Part shown: piece by piece, positions 15,141-25,007 of the stretch
Layout of the letters: the number at the start of each line of letters is the position of its first letter
How positions within the stretch are numbered: position 1 is the stretch's first letter
Assembly (NCBI GenBank): GCA_964566185.1
Contig: CAZMHS010000002.1
Coordinates: 39,228-103,227 of the forward strand
Direction of reading: 5' to 3'
Source of the DNA: an uncultured Alphaproteobacteria bacterium
GTDB taxonomy: Bacteria > Pseudomonadota > Alphaproteobacteria > UBA3830 > CAYLKK01
Length of the DNA stretch: 64,000 nt
The notes under the pieces: model-generated
Database searches by the model: none
Seen by the model: only the letters and a program-made list of their open reading frames with translations
Told to the model about the DNA's origin: nothing
Program-made: the position numbers and the translations under genes

Positions 15141-16596
15141 CTAACACTCTAATTATTTCTTGTGGATCTGTAAAATTCAATGCATCTTTCACCGATTGAT
15201 GAAACGTTTTTGTTAACGGAAATTCAAAAAAATTTGAGGAAATTTTTTGCTCTATCACTTTGTTTACACAAAAATATTCAGTTAACGGAATACGATCTTT
15301 ATAATCTTCCTCACTTTTTTTACGTACTAATCTTTGTGAAAAAATACCTATTAACTGAGATGCTAATGTCTGCATATCAACGCCAAGATTTGCCAGACGC
15401 CGTAACGCATCTATTGGAGATGTAGCATGTAATGTCCCTAAAACTAATCTACCAGTTAAAGACGCTCTTAATATTGCAGCTGCTGTACATTCGTCGCGAA
15501 TTTCGCCTACTAGCATAACGTCTGGATCCTGGCGTAAAATCGATTTAATGCCATCAGAATACGAAATAATGCCTTCGCTTTTTATATCTAGCTGACGTAT
15601 GCCATAAATTTTGTATTCAATAGGATCCTCCAGTGTCATAATATTTAATGAACCATCGTTAATTTCCTGTAATAATGAGTATAACGTTGTAGTTTTTCCT
15701 GATCCTGTCGGTCCTACTATTAAAAATATTCCACTCGGTTTACGAATCACATTAGAAAGAAAAGATGTATCTTCACTAGAGAAGTTAAGGTCTGCTAGCT
15801 TTCTCAAGCCAAAACTAGCATCTAAAATTCTGATTGCTATACATTCTCCAAATATACTTGGATGAGTTGATATTCTCATATCTATGCACCTGTTATTAAT
15901 ATTTAAAGTAGCATGTCCACTTTGAGGTTTTCGACTATCAGCAATGTTTAAATCAGACATTATTTTAAGTTTAGATCTAATCCTTCCCCACATAATAATC
16001 GGAAATGTACTAAATGATTTTAATACGCCATTTTTTCTTGCGCGTATTTCTACGATATTATCGTTTGGTGTAAAATGTAAATCACTAACATTTTCTTCTA
16101 CCGCTAAACGTATAACACTATTCAAAAAAGGTATTGCCTCGGAATGCTCTATAGCACGACATTCAGATATTATGTCTTTAATTTTTTGTTTATCAGCAAG
16201 AAAAAATTTTACTTTATAACATTTTAATGCTGATATTAACGCATCTGTTGCTACAATGTCCCCAGGATCACTAATTGCGACACAAATAGTTGATTGCGTA
16301 ACTTCAAATGGAATTGCTTGATACTCAGAGAAGATATTATTCGTTATAAGTATTTCATGACATACATTTTGCAGATCCAAGTCAATATAATCAATTTTAT
16401 AAACTATGCTAAGTATTTTGCAAAGCTCAATATCAGAAACAAATTTCATTTGAACAGCTAATTTGCCAAACAATATATTAGAACTTCTTTGTTCTCTTAG
16501 TATCACATCCATTTCATTCCGCGAGATGTATCCCAAAGACACCATCAATTCACCAATTTTATAGTTTTCCGTAAGATGTATTGAACCTTGCGCCAT
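15124..16596 (-). CDS. Type II secretion / type IV pilus assembly ATPase (GspE/PilB family) with T2SSE_N/MshEN-type N-terminal domain
   Basis: 490 aa. Walker A GPTGSGKTTT, Asp box/Walker B DPDVMLVGEIRD, His box LGTLHA. The N-terminal repeat is KIGELMVSLGYISRNEMDVILREQ ... LFGKLAVQMKFVSDIELCKIL. Confidence 0.93.
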   Translation of the reverse strand: MAQGSIHLTENYKIGELMVSLGYISRNEMDVILREQRSSNILFGKLAVQMKFVSDIELCKILSIVYKIDYIDLDLQNVCHEILITNNIFSEYQAIPFEVTQSTICVAISDPGDIVATDALISALKCYKVKFFLADKQKIKDIISECRAIEHSEAIPFLNSVIRLAVEENVSDLHFTPNDNIVEIRARKNGVLKSFSTFPIIMWGRIRSKLKIMSDLNIADSRKPQSGHATLNINNRCIDMRISTHPSIFGECIAIRILDASFGLRKLADLNFSSEDTSFLSNVIRKPSGIFLIVGPTGSGKTTTLYSLLQEINDGSLNIMTLEDPIEYKIYGIRQLDIKSEGIISYSDGIKSILRQDPDVMLVGEIRDECTAAAILRASLTGRLVLGTLHATSPIDALRRLANLGVDMQTLASQLIGIFSQRLVRKKSEEDYKDRIPLTEYFCVNKVIEQKISSNFFEFPLTKTFHQSVKDALNFTDPQEIIRVLGDAYI

Positions 16597-16673
16597 ATGA
16601 TCAATATGTTAAAAATTATTAATCGACTTGTTACATATAGAAAGTATAACGATATTATATTAAAATCTTATTA

Positions 16674-19370
16674 ATGCAACATTTTATGGAGCTTACAATG
16701 AACGAAATTAGCGATGTTTCTAACGAAGAATTAAGTGAAGCCACGCCTATGATGCAGCAGTACTTTGCGGCAAAGAAAGCGCACCCAGGAATATTAGTGT
16801 TTTTTCGTATGGGAGATTTTTATGAGCTATTCTTCGAAGATGCAAAAATCGTTGCTTCAGAGTTAAATTTAGTACTTACGACCAGAGGAAAACATCTCGG
16901 AGAGGATATTCCAATGAGTGGAGTCCCTGTAAGTTCCGTAGATTATTATCTTGGCAAGTTAGTTAAACTTGGATATAAAATAGCAATTTGCGAACAACTT
17001 GAATCTCCAGAAGAAGCTAAAAAACGTGGTTACAAGGCCATCGTAAAGCGTGGTATAACAAGGATTGTAACACCAGGAACAGTAACAGAGGAATCATTAC
17101 TTGACGCGAAAGAAGGAAATTTTTTAATGTCTATTGCTCCAAATATGAAAAAAGGCTCTGAACCTGATACAATATCATTTGCAGTAGCTGATGTATCGAC
17201 AGATAAACTTTTTGTACATACCGTTACAGCTTCCGATTTTTTAAACAGTTTGGAACAGTACGCTCCTCAAGAAGTGTTATGCCCAGCTGCTATAGAAGGA
17301 TGTAATTGGTTTAAGACAATAAAAAATTATGTTACAGGTCATATTACAATACTGTCTGATTCAAAATTTAATCCTATTACTGAAACAGATAGAGTAAAAA
17401 ACTATTATCAAGTTTCCGCTTTAGATGGTTTTGGACTTACATCAAGCTACGAAATTAGCGCATGTGGTGCAATTATAGAATATATCTCTGTTACACAATG
17501 TACAAATGCTCAAAAATTATCAAAGCCTATCAAAATAAATCAATCAAAGTTCATGATAGTTGATTCTGCAACGCATAGAAATTTAGAAATTGTACGTTCC
17601 AATAATGATAACAAACATAGTTTATTGCGACATATTGATAACACATGTACAGCATTTGGAGCTAGAATGTTAATGGCTAGACTAGTGACTCCAATCATTG
17701 ACATACAAGAGATTAATGATAGGCTTGATTCTGTCGAATTTTTTGTAAATAACGTCGATATTAGAAAAAAGCTGATGACAGTTATGAAGACGTGTCCTGA
17801 CATAGAGAGAATTATTGTAAGAATGCGCTTTAATAGATATTCTATAAGAGATTTGTCAGCGATTCGCCAATGCATAATCGTTGTTGAATCAATTAAGGAT
17901 ATTTTTATAAATTTAAATATAAAAATAGAAAACAAATTTTGTGCATCGGAATTGCCTGATTTGTCAATGTTACTTTCGAAGCTTCAGTCTGCACTGGTAG
18001 ATGATGTTCCAGCAACATATAAAGCTGGAGATGTTATAAAACGTGGATATTCTCAAAAATTAGATGAAATAAGATTTTTAGTAGAAGACGGTCACTCTTT
18101 AATTGCTGACTTACAAGCTAAGTATATATCAAAGTATGCAATCAATACGCTAAAAATTAAGAATAACAATATCTTAGGATGGTATATTGAAATCCCATTA
18201 TCGCAAAAGGGTAAGGTCGATAATTTTCTAATACACAAGCAGACTCTCGTCAATAACGTAAGGTATGTATCTGATGAACTAAATGAACTGCAAACACGTT
18301 TAGAACAAGCGTCTACTGATTTAGTTAGAGTAGAAAATGAAATAATTACAGAATTGGTTAATCTTATTACTGAGCTTATGGATGATTTCGCTGATATCGC
18401 GAACTTTATTGCAAGACTAGACATAGCTATTTCTATGGCATCTCTTGCAACCAATTGTCATTATTGTAGACCTCAGTTAACAACTGATAAAATATTGTCG
18501 ATAAAAAGTGGACGACATCCAGTACTAGAATCGCTAGTAGATGAATTTGTGCCTAATGATTGTGACTTGTGTGATCCTGGTCGCTTAAGTATCTTAACAG
18601 GGCCAAATATGGCCGGTAAAAGTACATATTTAAGACAAAATGCGTTGATTGTCTTAATGGCTCATATAGGTTCATTTGTTCCGGCACATTCAGCAATAAT
18701 AGGTATTACTGATAGGTTATTTAGCCGTATTGGAGCTTCAGATGATTTGGCTAAAGGTAGATCTACGTTTATGGTAGAAATGATAGAAACAGCGTCTATC
18801 TTAAACCAAGCTACTGATCGATCTTTTGTTATTTTAGATGAAGTAGGGCGAGGAACATCGACGTATGATGGAATATCAATTGCATGGTCTGTTGTGGAAT
18901 ACTTATATAATACAAACAGATGTAGAACTATTTTTGCTACACATTACCTTGAGCTTCTTGGAATAAAAAAAGATATTTCAGAATTAAAATGTCAAACATT
19001 AAAGGTGAATGAATGCAAGGGGAGGGTAATGTTTTATCACTCGATCATTGACGGCGTTGCTGATAAGGCATACGGCGTATATGTAGCTAAATTAGCAGGA
19101 TTACCAAAATCTGTAATACAAAAAGCGAATAGACTACTTGCAAAACTTGAAAATGGACCATTGAATCAAAAAAAATACATTTCACGTCAATTATCTATGT
19201 TTTCAGAATTTTCAGATAACACAGAAGATGATGATAGTATGTTATCAGCACATAATACTGATACAAAAAACGACGTAATCGCATCCATAACCTCTTTGGA
19301 TTTGAATGAAATGACGCCGAAGAAAGCACTAGACTTGCTATATGACCTCAAAAGAAAGTTAGTAGATTAA
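16674..19370 (+). CDS. mutS: DNA mismatch repair protein MutS
   Basis: 898 aa. Motifs TPMMQQY...GDFYELF, Walker A GPNMAGKST, and DEVGRGTSTYDG. Confidence 0.97.
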   Translation: MQHFMELTMNEISDVSNEELSEATPMMQQYFAAKKAHPGILVFFRMGDFYELFFEDAKIVASELNLVLTTRGKHLGEDIPMSGVPVSSVDYYLGKLVKLGYKIAICEQLESPEEAKKRGYKAIVKRGITRIVTPGTVTEESLLDAKEGNFLMSIAPNMKKGSEPDTISFAVADVSTDKLFVHTVTASDFLNSLEQYAPQEVLCPAAIEGCNWFKTIKNYVTGHITILSDSKFNPITETDRVKNYYQVSALDGFGLTSSYEISACGAIIEYISVTQCTNAQKLSKPIKINQSKFMIVDSATHRNLEIVRSNNDNKHSLLRHIDNTCTAFGARMLMARLVTPIIDIQEINDRLDSVEFFVNNVDIRKKLMTVMKTCPDIERIIVRMRFNRYSIRDLSAIRQCIIVVESIKDIFINLNIKIENKFCASELPDLSMLLSKLQSALVDDVPATYKAGDVIKRGYSQKLDEIRFLVEDGHSLIADLQAKYISKYAINTLKIKNNNILGWYIEIPLSQKGKVDNFLIHKQTLVNNVRYVSDELNELQTRLEQASTDLVRVENEIITELVNLITELMDDFADIANFIARLDIAISMASLATNCHYCRPQLTTDKILSIKSGRHPVLESLVDEFVPNDCDLCDPGRLSILTGPNMAGKSTYLRQNALIVLMAHIGSFVPAHSAIIGITDRLFSRIGASDDLAKGRSTFMVEMIETASILNQATDRSFVILDEVGRGTSTYDGISIAWSVVEYLYNTNRCRTIFATHYLELLGIKKDISELKCQTLKVNECKGRVMFYHSIIDGVADKAYGVYVAKLAGLPKSVIQKANRLLAKLENGPLNQKKYISRQLSMFSEFSDNTEDDDSMLSAHNTDTKNDVIASITSLDLNEMTPKKALDLLYDLKRKLVD

Positions 19371-19566
19371 ATTTATATAACGAATGCTATAATAAGAATC
19401 ATTATATATAACAATCCCATTTTTACAGCCTCGTCTTTACTCATGCAATTGCCGCCTATTTTCACATAGCTAGACTTACTGTCATTATTAATTTTTTTAT
19501 CGCTCATAAGTACAACATCCTATAATGCTATACCAATTATCTCATATAAAAATTAAAAAATAGTAA

Positions 19567-20118
19567 CTATACGTTACGAGTTAATTTAAGTAATAATTTA
19601 TAGTAAAGGAATCCAGAATACAACGTAGTACAACATACGAAAAATGATGTACAATCCACTATCAATACTACATTTTTAAAAAACAATGTGCAGTATACTA
19701 AAACTATAAAAATCAACTGTACTGCGGTATTTATTTTGCTTTCAACAATAGGAGAAAATACTATTTTTATTTTATTGGCATACAAGAAAAAGATCCCAAG
19801 TATAATCATAATATCTCGAAATATTACAATTGCACTGACAAGCCAATATATGTGTCCAGACATCGAAAAATATAAATACATCGCCGTCATTAATATCTTG
19901 TCTGCTAACGGATCTAAAATTGCGCCAAATTTAGAGGTTATATTAAATTTCCTAGCAAGAAATCCATCGAAAAAATCTGACGCTACCGCAATCATAAAGA
20001 TACAGAATGATAGACGAATATCATTTTGTACTGCATACACTACTATTGGTAGTGGAGATACTAGCCGAAAGAAAGATAATGCGTTTGGAATATTAACAAA
20101 ACTAATGAATGTCTTCAT
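19567..20118 (-). CDS. pgsA: CDP-diacylglycerol--glycerol-3-phosphate 3-phosphatidyltransferase
   Basis: 183 aa, multi-TM. CDP-alcohol phosphatidyltransferase motif DFFDGFLARKFNITSKFGAILDPLADK. Confidence 0.88.
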   Translation of the reverse strand: MKTFISFVNIPNALSFFRLVSPLPIVVYAVQNDIRLSFCIFMIAVASDFFDGFLARKFNITSKFGAILDPLADKILMTAMYLYFSMSGHIYWLVSAIVIFRDIMIILGIFFLYANKIKIVFSPIVESKINTAVQLIFIVLVYCTLFFKNVVLIVDCTSFFVCCTTLYSGFLYYKLLLKLTRNV

Positions 20119-20680
20119 ATCGATGCCTTATATTGAAGGAATTAAACAGCTCATCTAAATAACTAGAATAAAGATACTTAACAGACTCTTTTGTGAAAGA
20201 ATATGGCATGTATTTTCTTTGTTGCTTTTTTAATGCAGAGTTTATTTGTGAAAATACAGCAGATATATCTTGAGCATCTACTACTATTAATTTATTACGA
20301 TTCTGTATTACATCTATAGCAGCTTTTTTATTCTTAAGAAGATTAGATAAAGTAGTTAAGTTCACTCGATATGTTACGTTTGCGCTATATGACCTCGTAC
20401 CAATAACCTCATTTCTTATCGAATAACCATCAATGCAATCTGCTAAATCTTTATTTGATATATTCACGTACCGCTTCGATCCACTATGGATTTTATCTGA
20501 AACAGCACGAATAGCTTCATCTTTACCTAAATCTAACGCCGCATTCTTTGCTAATTCAGAATCTTTGTTTTCGTTATATACAGGAATTTCAATTGCGACT
20601 AAAGTATCCTGCTCTATAGATCTAACGAAAGAAAAATAGAGCAAAATAAAGATTATGAAAATGTGCTTACTTACGGCCAT
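20102..20680 (-). CDS. Hypothetical exported protein
   Basis: 192 aa with an N-terminal signal-like sequence (HIFIIFILLYFSFVRS). It is wedged between ndk and pgsA with overlaps. I recognise no motif. Confidence 0.5.
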   Translation of the reverse strand: MAVSKHIFIIFILLYFSFVRSIEQDTLVAIEIPVYNENKDSELAKNAALDLGKDEAIRAVSDKIHSGSKRYVNISNKDLADCIDGYSIRNEVIGTRSYSANVTYRVNLTTLSNLLKNKKAAIDVIQNRNKLIVVDAQDISAVFSQINSALKKQQRKYMPYSFTKESVKYLYSSYLDELFNSFNIRHRYEDIH

Positions 20681-21114
20681 TACGAAACGATTTCGACATC
20701 AGCAAAGAAAAACGAAATTTCCTTTTTTGCATTATCCAAGCTATCTGAACCATGAATAGAATTCTGCTCAATGTTTAAAGCGAATTCTTTGCGAATAGTA
20801 CCTGGCGCAGCGTTAGCTGGGTTTGTTCCTCCCATTAATTCCCTGTTCTTTAAAACAGCATTTTCGCCTTCTAAAACTTGAACGATTACAGGTCCAGAGC
20901 ACATATATTCACATAAGCTATCGTAAAAAGATTTATCTTTGTGAACTTCATAAAACTTCTTAGCCATTTCTCTTGTCATCCTTATACGCTTCTGCGCTAT
21001 TATTCTCAGGCCTGCCTCTTCCAGCTTTTTATTAATCGCACCTGTAAGATTTCTAACTGTTGCATCAGGCTTTATTATAGAAAAAGTACGTTCGATCATA
21101 ATTTGATACTCCAT
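20680..21114 (-). CDS. ndk: Nucleoside diphosphate kinase
   Basis: Motifs [11 protein letters not shown] and the active-site His in NSIHGSDS. An internal ATG at 21099 (MIERTF...) may be the true start. Confidence 0.95.
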   Translation of the reverse strand: MEYQIMIERTFSIIKPDATVRNLTGAINKKLEEAGLRIIAQKRIRMTREMAKKFYEVHKDKSFYDSLCEYMCSGPVIVQVLEGENAVLKNRELMGGTNPANAAPGTIRKEFALNIEQNSIHGSDSLDNAKKEISFFFADVEIVS

Positions 21115-21121
21115 AAAAAAC

Positions 21122-21553
21122 TTATAACACTTGTTCCCAAGCTTTTGTTGTTTGTTTCCAGTACGTTGCTGCGTGTTTATTTATTCGCAAGTTTTGACAT
21201 AACTCCAGAGCTTGTTGTTCTAGACTAGTATCAAAAACAAAAACGCATCTCTTCAAATCAAGTCCACGAAAAGCATCTATATCGATACAATTCACGGAGA
21301 TAAAAACAGAAGAGTTATTTGTATTTTCAACACTTGTTGTTAATATAACGTGTTGATAATCATGCTTTTCTACACCATGTGGAACGAACGAACTTGTAGA
21401 AAACGTCCACAAGACGCTATCTAATTCCTCAATCCGTTCCTGTTCATTCGCATATACAGTTACACGATTACCTGACATATACACTTTCTCTGTAAGCTTT
21501 GCGATTGTTCGGACAAAAACTTCAGGAAGAATCGAATAAAAATTATACTCCAC
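21122..21553 (-). CDS. holC: DNA polymerase III chi subunit
   Basis: 143 aa. Chi-type pattern: N-terminal [18 protein letters not shown]...SFVPHG. Confidence 0.75.
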   Translation of the reverse strand: MEYNFYSILPEVFVRTIAKLTEKVYMSGNRVTVYANEQERIEELDSVLWTFSTSSFVPHGVEKHDYQHVILTTSVENTNNSSVFISVNCIDIDAFRGLDLKRCVFVFDTSLEQQALELCQNLRINKHAATYWKQTTKAWEQVL

Positions 21554-21748
21554 AACGACACAAAGACGAAAACATTATTTATGATAACTGATTTACTATT
21601 AAAAGTCTATAAAATAAATTCTTTCCAACAAAACTACATAAATCGAAAAGTTCTAACCGTGTGTTATATTTTTAATGCACATCAGATACGCCTCATCAGT
21701 CGTACTAATATCTTTTTCTAATCGCAAATTATCTAAAACGATATTGTA

Positions 21749-22750
21749 TCATTTTGAAAGCATCCATCTCGGCATCAGTGGAGAAGATATATTGGCCTCA
21801 GTAAAACCAGCATTAAGATTTTCCACGCAATTCCAAGCGATCATAGCAGCGTTATCTGTGCATATTTTTAGACTTGGTATAAAGAACGAAATATTATGCT
21901 CATCAGCCAATATCATCAACTTTTCCCTTATCAGCATATTAGCAGCTACGCCGCCTGCGACAACAATAGATTTGACGTCTACACTTTGTAACGCAAATTT
22001 ACACTTTTTATAAACAATATTACATACAGTTTGTTGAAAAGAGCAGCATACATCATTAATAATCACATCATCAAGTCGTTCAGATTGTATAACATTCCGT
22101 ACTGCTGTTTTTAGTCCTGAAAACGACATATCACATGTATTCCTATTACAAAGTGGCAACGGTAATTTATACCGCATATTACCATTCTTCGCATGTTTTT
22201 CTATTTCTGGCCCACCGGGATATTTAAGGCCTAGCATTTTCGCAACCTTATCAAACGCTTCACCTAAAGAATCATCTAGAGTCCGCCCTAATACTTGAAA
22301 ATGCTTTGCTCCATGCACTACACAAATTATACAATGACCACCGGAAGCTAACAGAAGCAGGTAAGGAAATTCTAACTGAGGATTTTCTAATCTAGCAGAT
22401 AATGCATGTGCTTCAATATGGTTTATCGGGAAAAACGGCTTATTTAACATTACAGCCAAAGTTTTTGCAAAAGTCGAACCGACGATGAGACCTCCCATTA
22501 GGCCAGGTCCACACGTTGCGGCAATAGCATCTATTTTATCGGGCGATATATTTGTTTTTCGTAACGCTTCTTCGTATACAAGTTCTATATTGCTAATATG
22601 CTCTCTTGCCGCTATTTCTGGTACGACTCCACCAAACTCTCTATGTAATTCTATCTGAGATGATACTACATTAGACAACACTTTTCTTTCTGACGACACA
22701 ACAGCCACTGACGTATCATCACAACTAGATTCTATACCAAGAACTAACAT
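21749..22750 (-). CDS. tsaD: tRNA N6-adenosine threonylcarbamoyltransferase TsaD
   Basis: 333 aa. Motifs MLVLGIESSCDDTSVAV and metal-binding HIEAH. Kae1/TsaD family throughout. Confidence 0.95.
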   Translation of the reverse strand: MLVLGIESSCDDTSVAVVSSERKVLSNVVSSQIELHREFGGVVPEIAAREHISNIELVYEEALRKTNISPDKIDAIAATCGPGLMGGLIVGSTFAKTLAVMLNKPFFPINHIEAHALSARLENPQLEFPYLLLLASGGHCIICVVHGAKHFQVLGRTLDDSLGEAFDKVAKMLGLKYPGGPEIEKHAKNGNMRYKLPLPLCNRNTCDMSFSGLKTAVRNVIQSERLDDVIINDVCCSFQQTVCNIVYKKCKFALQSVDVKSIVVAGGVAANMLIREKLMILADEHNISFFIPSLKICTDNAAMIAWNCVENLNAGFTEANISSPLMPRWMLSK

Positions 22751-24015
22751 TTCGTTAATGAGCTGTACCAGTTACTACAATCTTTGTTTCCAACAGTAAC
22801 TAACGTTGGTTTACTAGACAGCAGCGTATCAGTGTATTGTTCAACCATATCTATAGTTACCTCATCTATCTTCCTTATAATTTCATCATTTAGAATTGGA
22901 GCTCCAAATAGTATTGTTTGGCTAGCACGTTGATCACATGTCGCAGATGTACTCTCGTGACTCATTAATAAGTCAGCTCTATACTGCGCTTTCGTACGTT
23001 CAAACTCAGCTTTTGTTATTCCTTTTCGCATTTTACAAATTTCAGAAAAAGTAACGTCTAACAACTCCTCTAACTTTGCAGGAGATGTCGCTGCATATAT
23101 TCCAAACACTCCTCCGTGCATATAACTAGACATAAACGAATAAACCGAGTATACAAGACTGCGTTTTTCTCTTATTTCCTGGAACAATCGTGAAGACATT
23201 CCGTTTCCAAGAATAGACGAAAATAATGTCGCAGTGTAGTAATCTGCATCAAGATAACTAACGCCATTATAACCTAAAATAACATGCGTTTGCTCAAGTT
23301 CACACCTCTCGTCAAAAAAGTACCCACCATCATACCTAGGTTTTACATCATAAAACTTTCGTTGCGTTGCTAACTCATTACCTGCATATTTCTGGACTAA
23401 GTCAAAAACCGTCCTTTCTTGCACATTCCCAGCAGCAGAAAACACAATTGAGTCTGTAGTATAATTTTGCGCTCTGTATTCTCTCAAATCATCCGTTGTC
23501 ATTTTTGAGACATTCTCGATACTTCCAAGTATCGGTCTTCCCATTGACTGTTCTTGAAACGCTATACGTTGAAAGTGATCAAAAATAATATCATCTGGAG
23601 CATCAACTGTCTGATTTATTTCTTGCAAAATGACGTTTCGTTCCTTTTCCATTTCATCTTCTATGAAGCTTGGGTCGAAAATAATATCAGACAATATATC
23701 GAGTGCTAATTCTATGTCTCTCTTTAGAACTTTCGCATGATAAGCTGTTACATCACGAGACGTATAAGCATTAAGATAACCACCGACGCTTTCAATCTCT
23801 TCGGCTATTTCACGAGCTGACCGGGTAGCTGTACCCTTAAACGCCATGTGTTCTATGTAATGCGATATGCCATGATTACTTAAAACCTCGCTAACGCCAC
23901 CAGCCTTTACCCAAAAACCAAGGCTAACACTTTCTACGCAATCAATTTCTTTTGAAACTACACTAATTCCGTTATTTAACTTTAGTACCTTTTCGTTTTT
24001 CACTTTGATTCCCAC
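22744..24015 (-). CDS. M16 family zinc peptidase (mitochondrial-processing-peptidase-like)
   Basis: 423 aa. Inverted zinc motif HxxEH (HYIEHMAFKG). Two-lobed M16 length. Confidence 0.9.
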   Translation of the reverse strand: MGIKVKNEKVLKLNNGISVVSKEIDCVESVSLGFWVKAGGVSEVLSNHGISHYIEHMAFKGTATRSAREIAEEIESVGGYLNAYTSRDVTAYHAKVLKRDIELALDILSDIIFDPSFIEDEMEKERNVILQEINQTVDAPDDIIFDHFQRIAFQEQSMGRPILGSIENVSKMTTDDLREYRAQNYTTDSIVFSAAGNVQERTVFDLVQKYAGNELATQRKFYDVKPRYDGGYFFDERCELEQTHVILGYNGVSYLDADYYTATLFSSILGNGMSSRLFQEIREKRSLVYSVYSFMSSYMHGGVFGIYAATSPAKLEELLDVTFSEICKMRKGITKAEFERTKAQYRADLLMSHESTSATCDQRASQTILFGAPILNDEIIRKIDEVTIDMVEQYTDTLLSSKPTLVTVGNKDCSNWYSSLTKC

Positions 24016-24922
24016 TCTTTTTACCGGTAAAGCATCTCTTAGCTGTTTTACCAGAACAGTATATCAAATGTCCTGGTGACGAAACAATAGAATTTGGTTT
24101 TATTTTATTAAAGCCACATTGAAGAAGGTGTTTCATCCTTTCATCCCTCCAACGTCCTGTTCTGCCACCTAAAATGATAGCAATAATCCTTTTCTCTTTT
24201 CCATTTTCATTTCTTTTAGCAGAAGCGACAAGGTTGTAACCTGATGCTGCAACATATCCGGTTTTTATACCATCGACAACTATGCCGCCAGGTAAATTAC
24301 CCAACATATGATTGTGATTTTTTATAACAGACCCACAGTACCTAACCTGTTTTATTGAAAATACAGAATAAAAATCCTTCATATTTATGAGTAATGCTCT
24401 TGCCAACTTAGCCATATCTACCGCTGTAGTATATTGAGCTTTACATTTCCAACCAGATGGATTACAAAAATTTGTATCATTCATACCAAGTATTTTTGCA
24501 TGACAATTCATTAGTTGCACAAAGCTGCATACATCTTGCGCAACAGTTTCTGCCAATGCGACAGCAGCATCATTCGCAGATTTCACAACAAGAGCAATGA
24601 TTGCTTCTTGAACAGATATACTTGATCCGACTTTAACTCCTAACTTGCTAGGTCTTTGACTATTTGCGTTTCGTGAAAATACAACCCTGTCATCCAATTT
24701 TAGTTTACCTTTTTCAATTGCCTTAAAAACGATATACAAAGTCATCATTTTAGCTAACGATGCAGGCTGTGTTTGATTTAGTGCATTTTTCGCATATAAA
24801 ATATCACCAGAATTTGCATCTAAAACTATCTCGCTATATGGTGGCGTATATGTATTTGCCAACGCTGCTGGCAAAGAGGAGAAACTGATTAAAAGTATAC
24901 AACAGAAAATAAAACGATACAA
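23972..24922 (-). CDS. D-alanyl-D-alanine carboxypeptidase (S11, PBP5-type)
   Basis: 316 aa with a signal peptide. Motifs SxxK (SLAK), SxN (SAND) and KTG (KTGY). Confidence 0.88.
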   Translation of the reverse strand: MYRFIFCCILLISFSSLPAALANTYTPPYSEIVLDANSGDILYAKNALNQTQPASLAKMMTLYIVFKAIEKGKLKLDDRVVFSRNANSQRPSKLGVKVGSSISVQEAIIALVVKSANDAAVALAETVAQDVCSFVQLMNCHAKILGMNDTNFCNPSGWKCKAQYTTAVDMAKLARALLINMKDFYSVFSIKQVRYCGSVIKNHNHMLGNLPGGIVVDGIKTGYVAASGYNLVASAKRNENGKEKRIIAIILGGRTGRWRDERMKHLLQCGFNKIKPNSIVSSPGHLIYCSGKTAKRCFTGKKSGNQSEKRKGTKVK

Positions 24923-25007
24923 AACGCCACCATATAAACACTATCTACAATATATTGAAATGGTTAAAATTTCAATAACAAAGTCTATTTTTTTCAAAAT
25001 AAATTTT

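Noticed and set aside
19373-19507. 44-codon minus-strand ORF (MSDKKINNDSKSSYVKIGGNCMSKDEAVKMGLLYIMILIIAFVI) between mutS and pgsA, a possible tail-anchored small membrane protein
   Set aside because: It is too short to support without homology or expression data, and it has no obvious ribosome-binding site.
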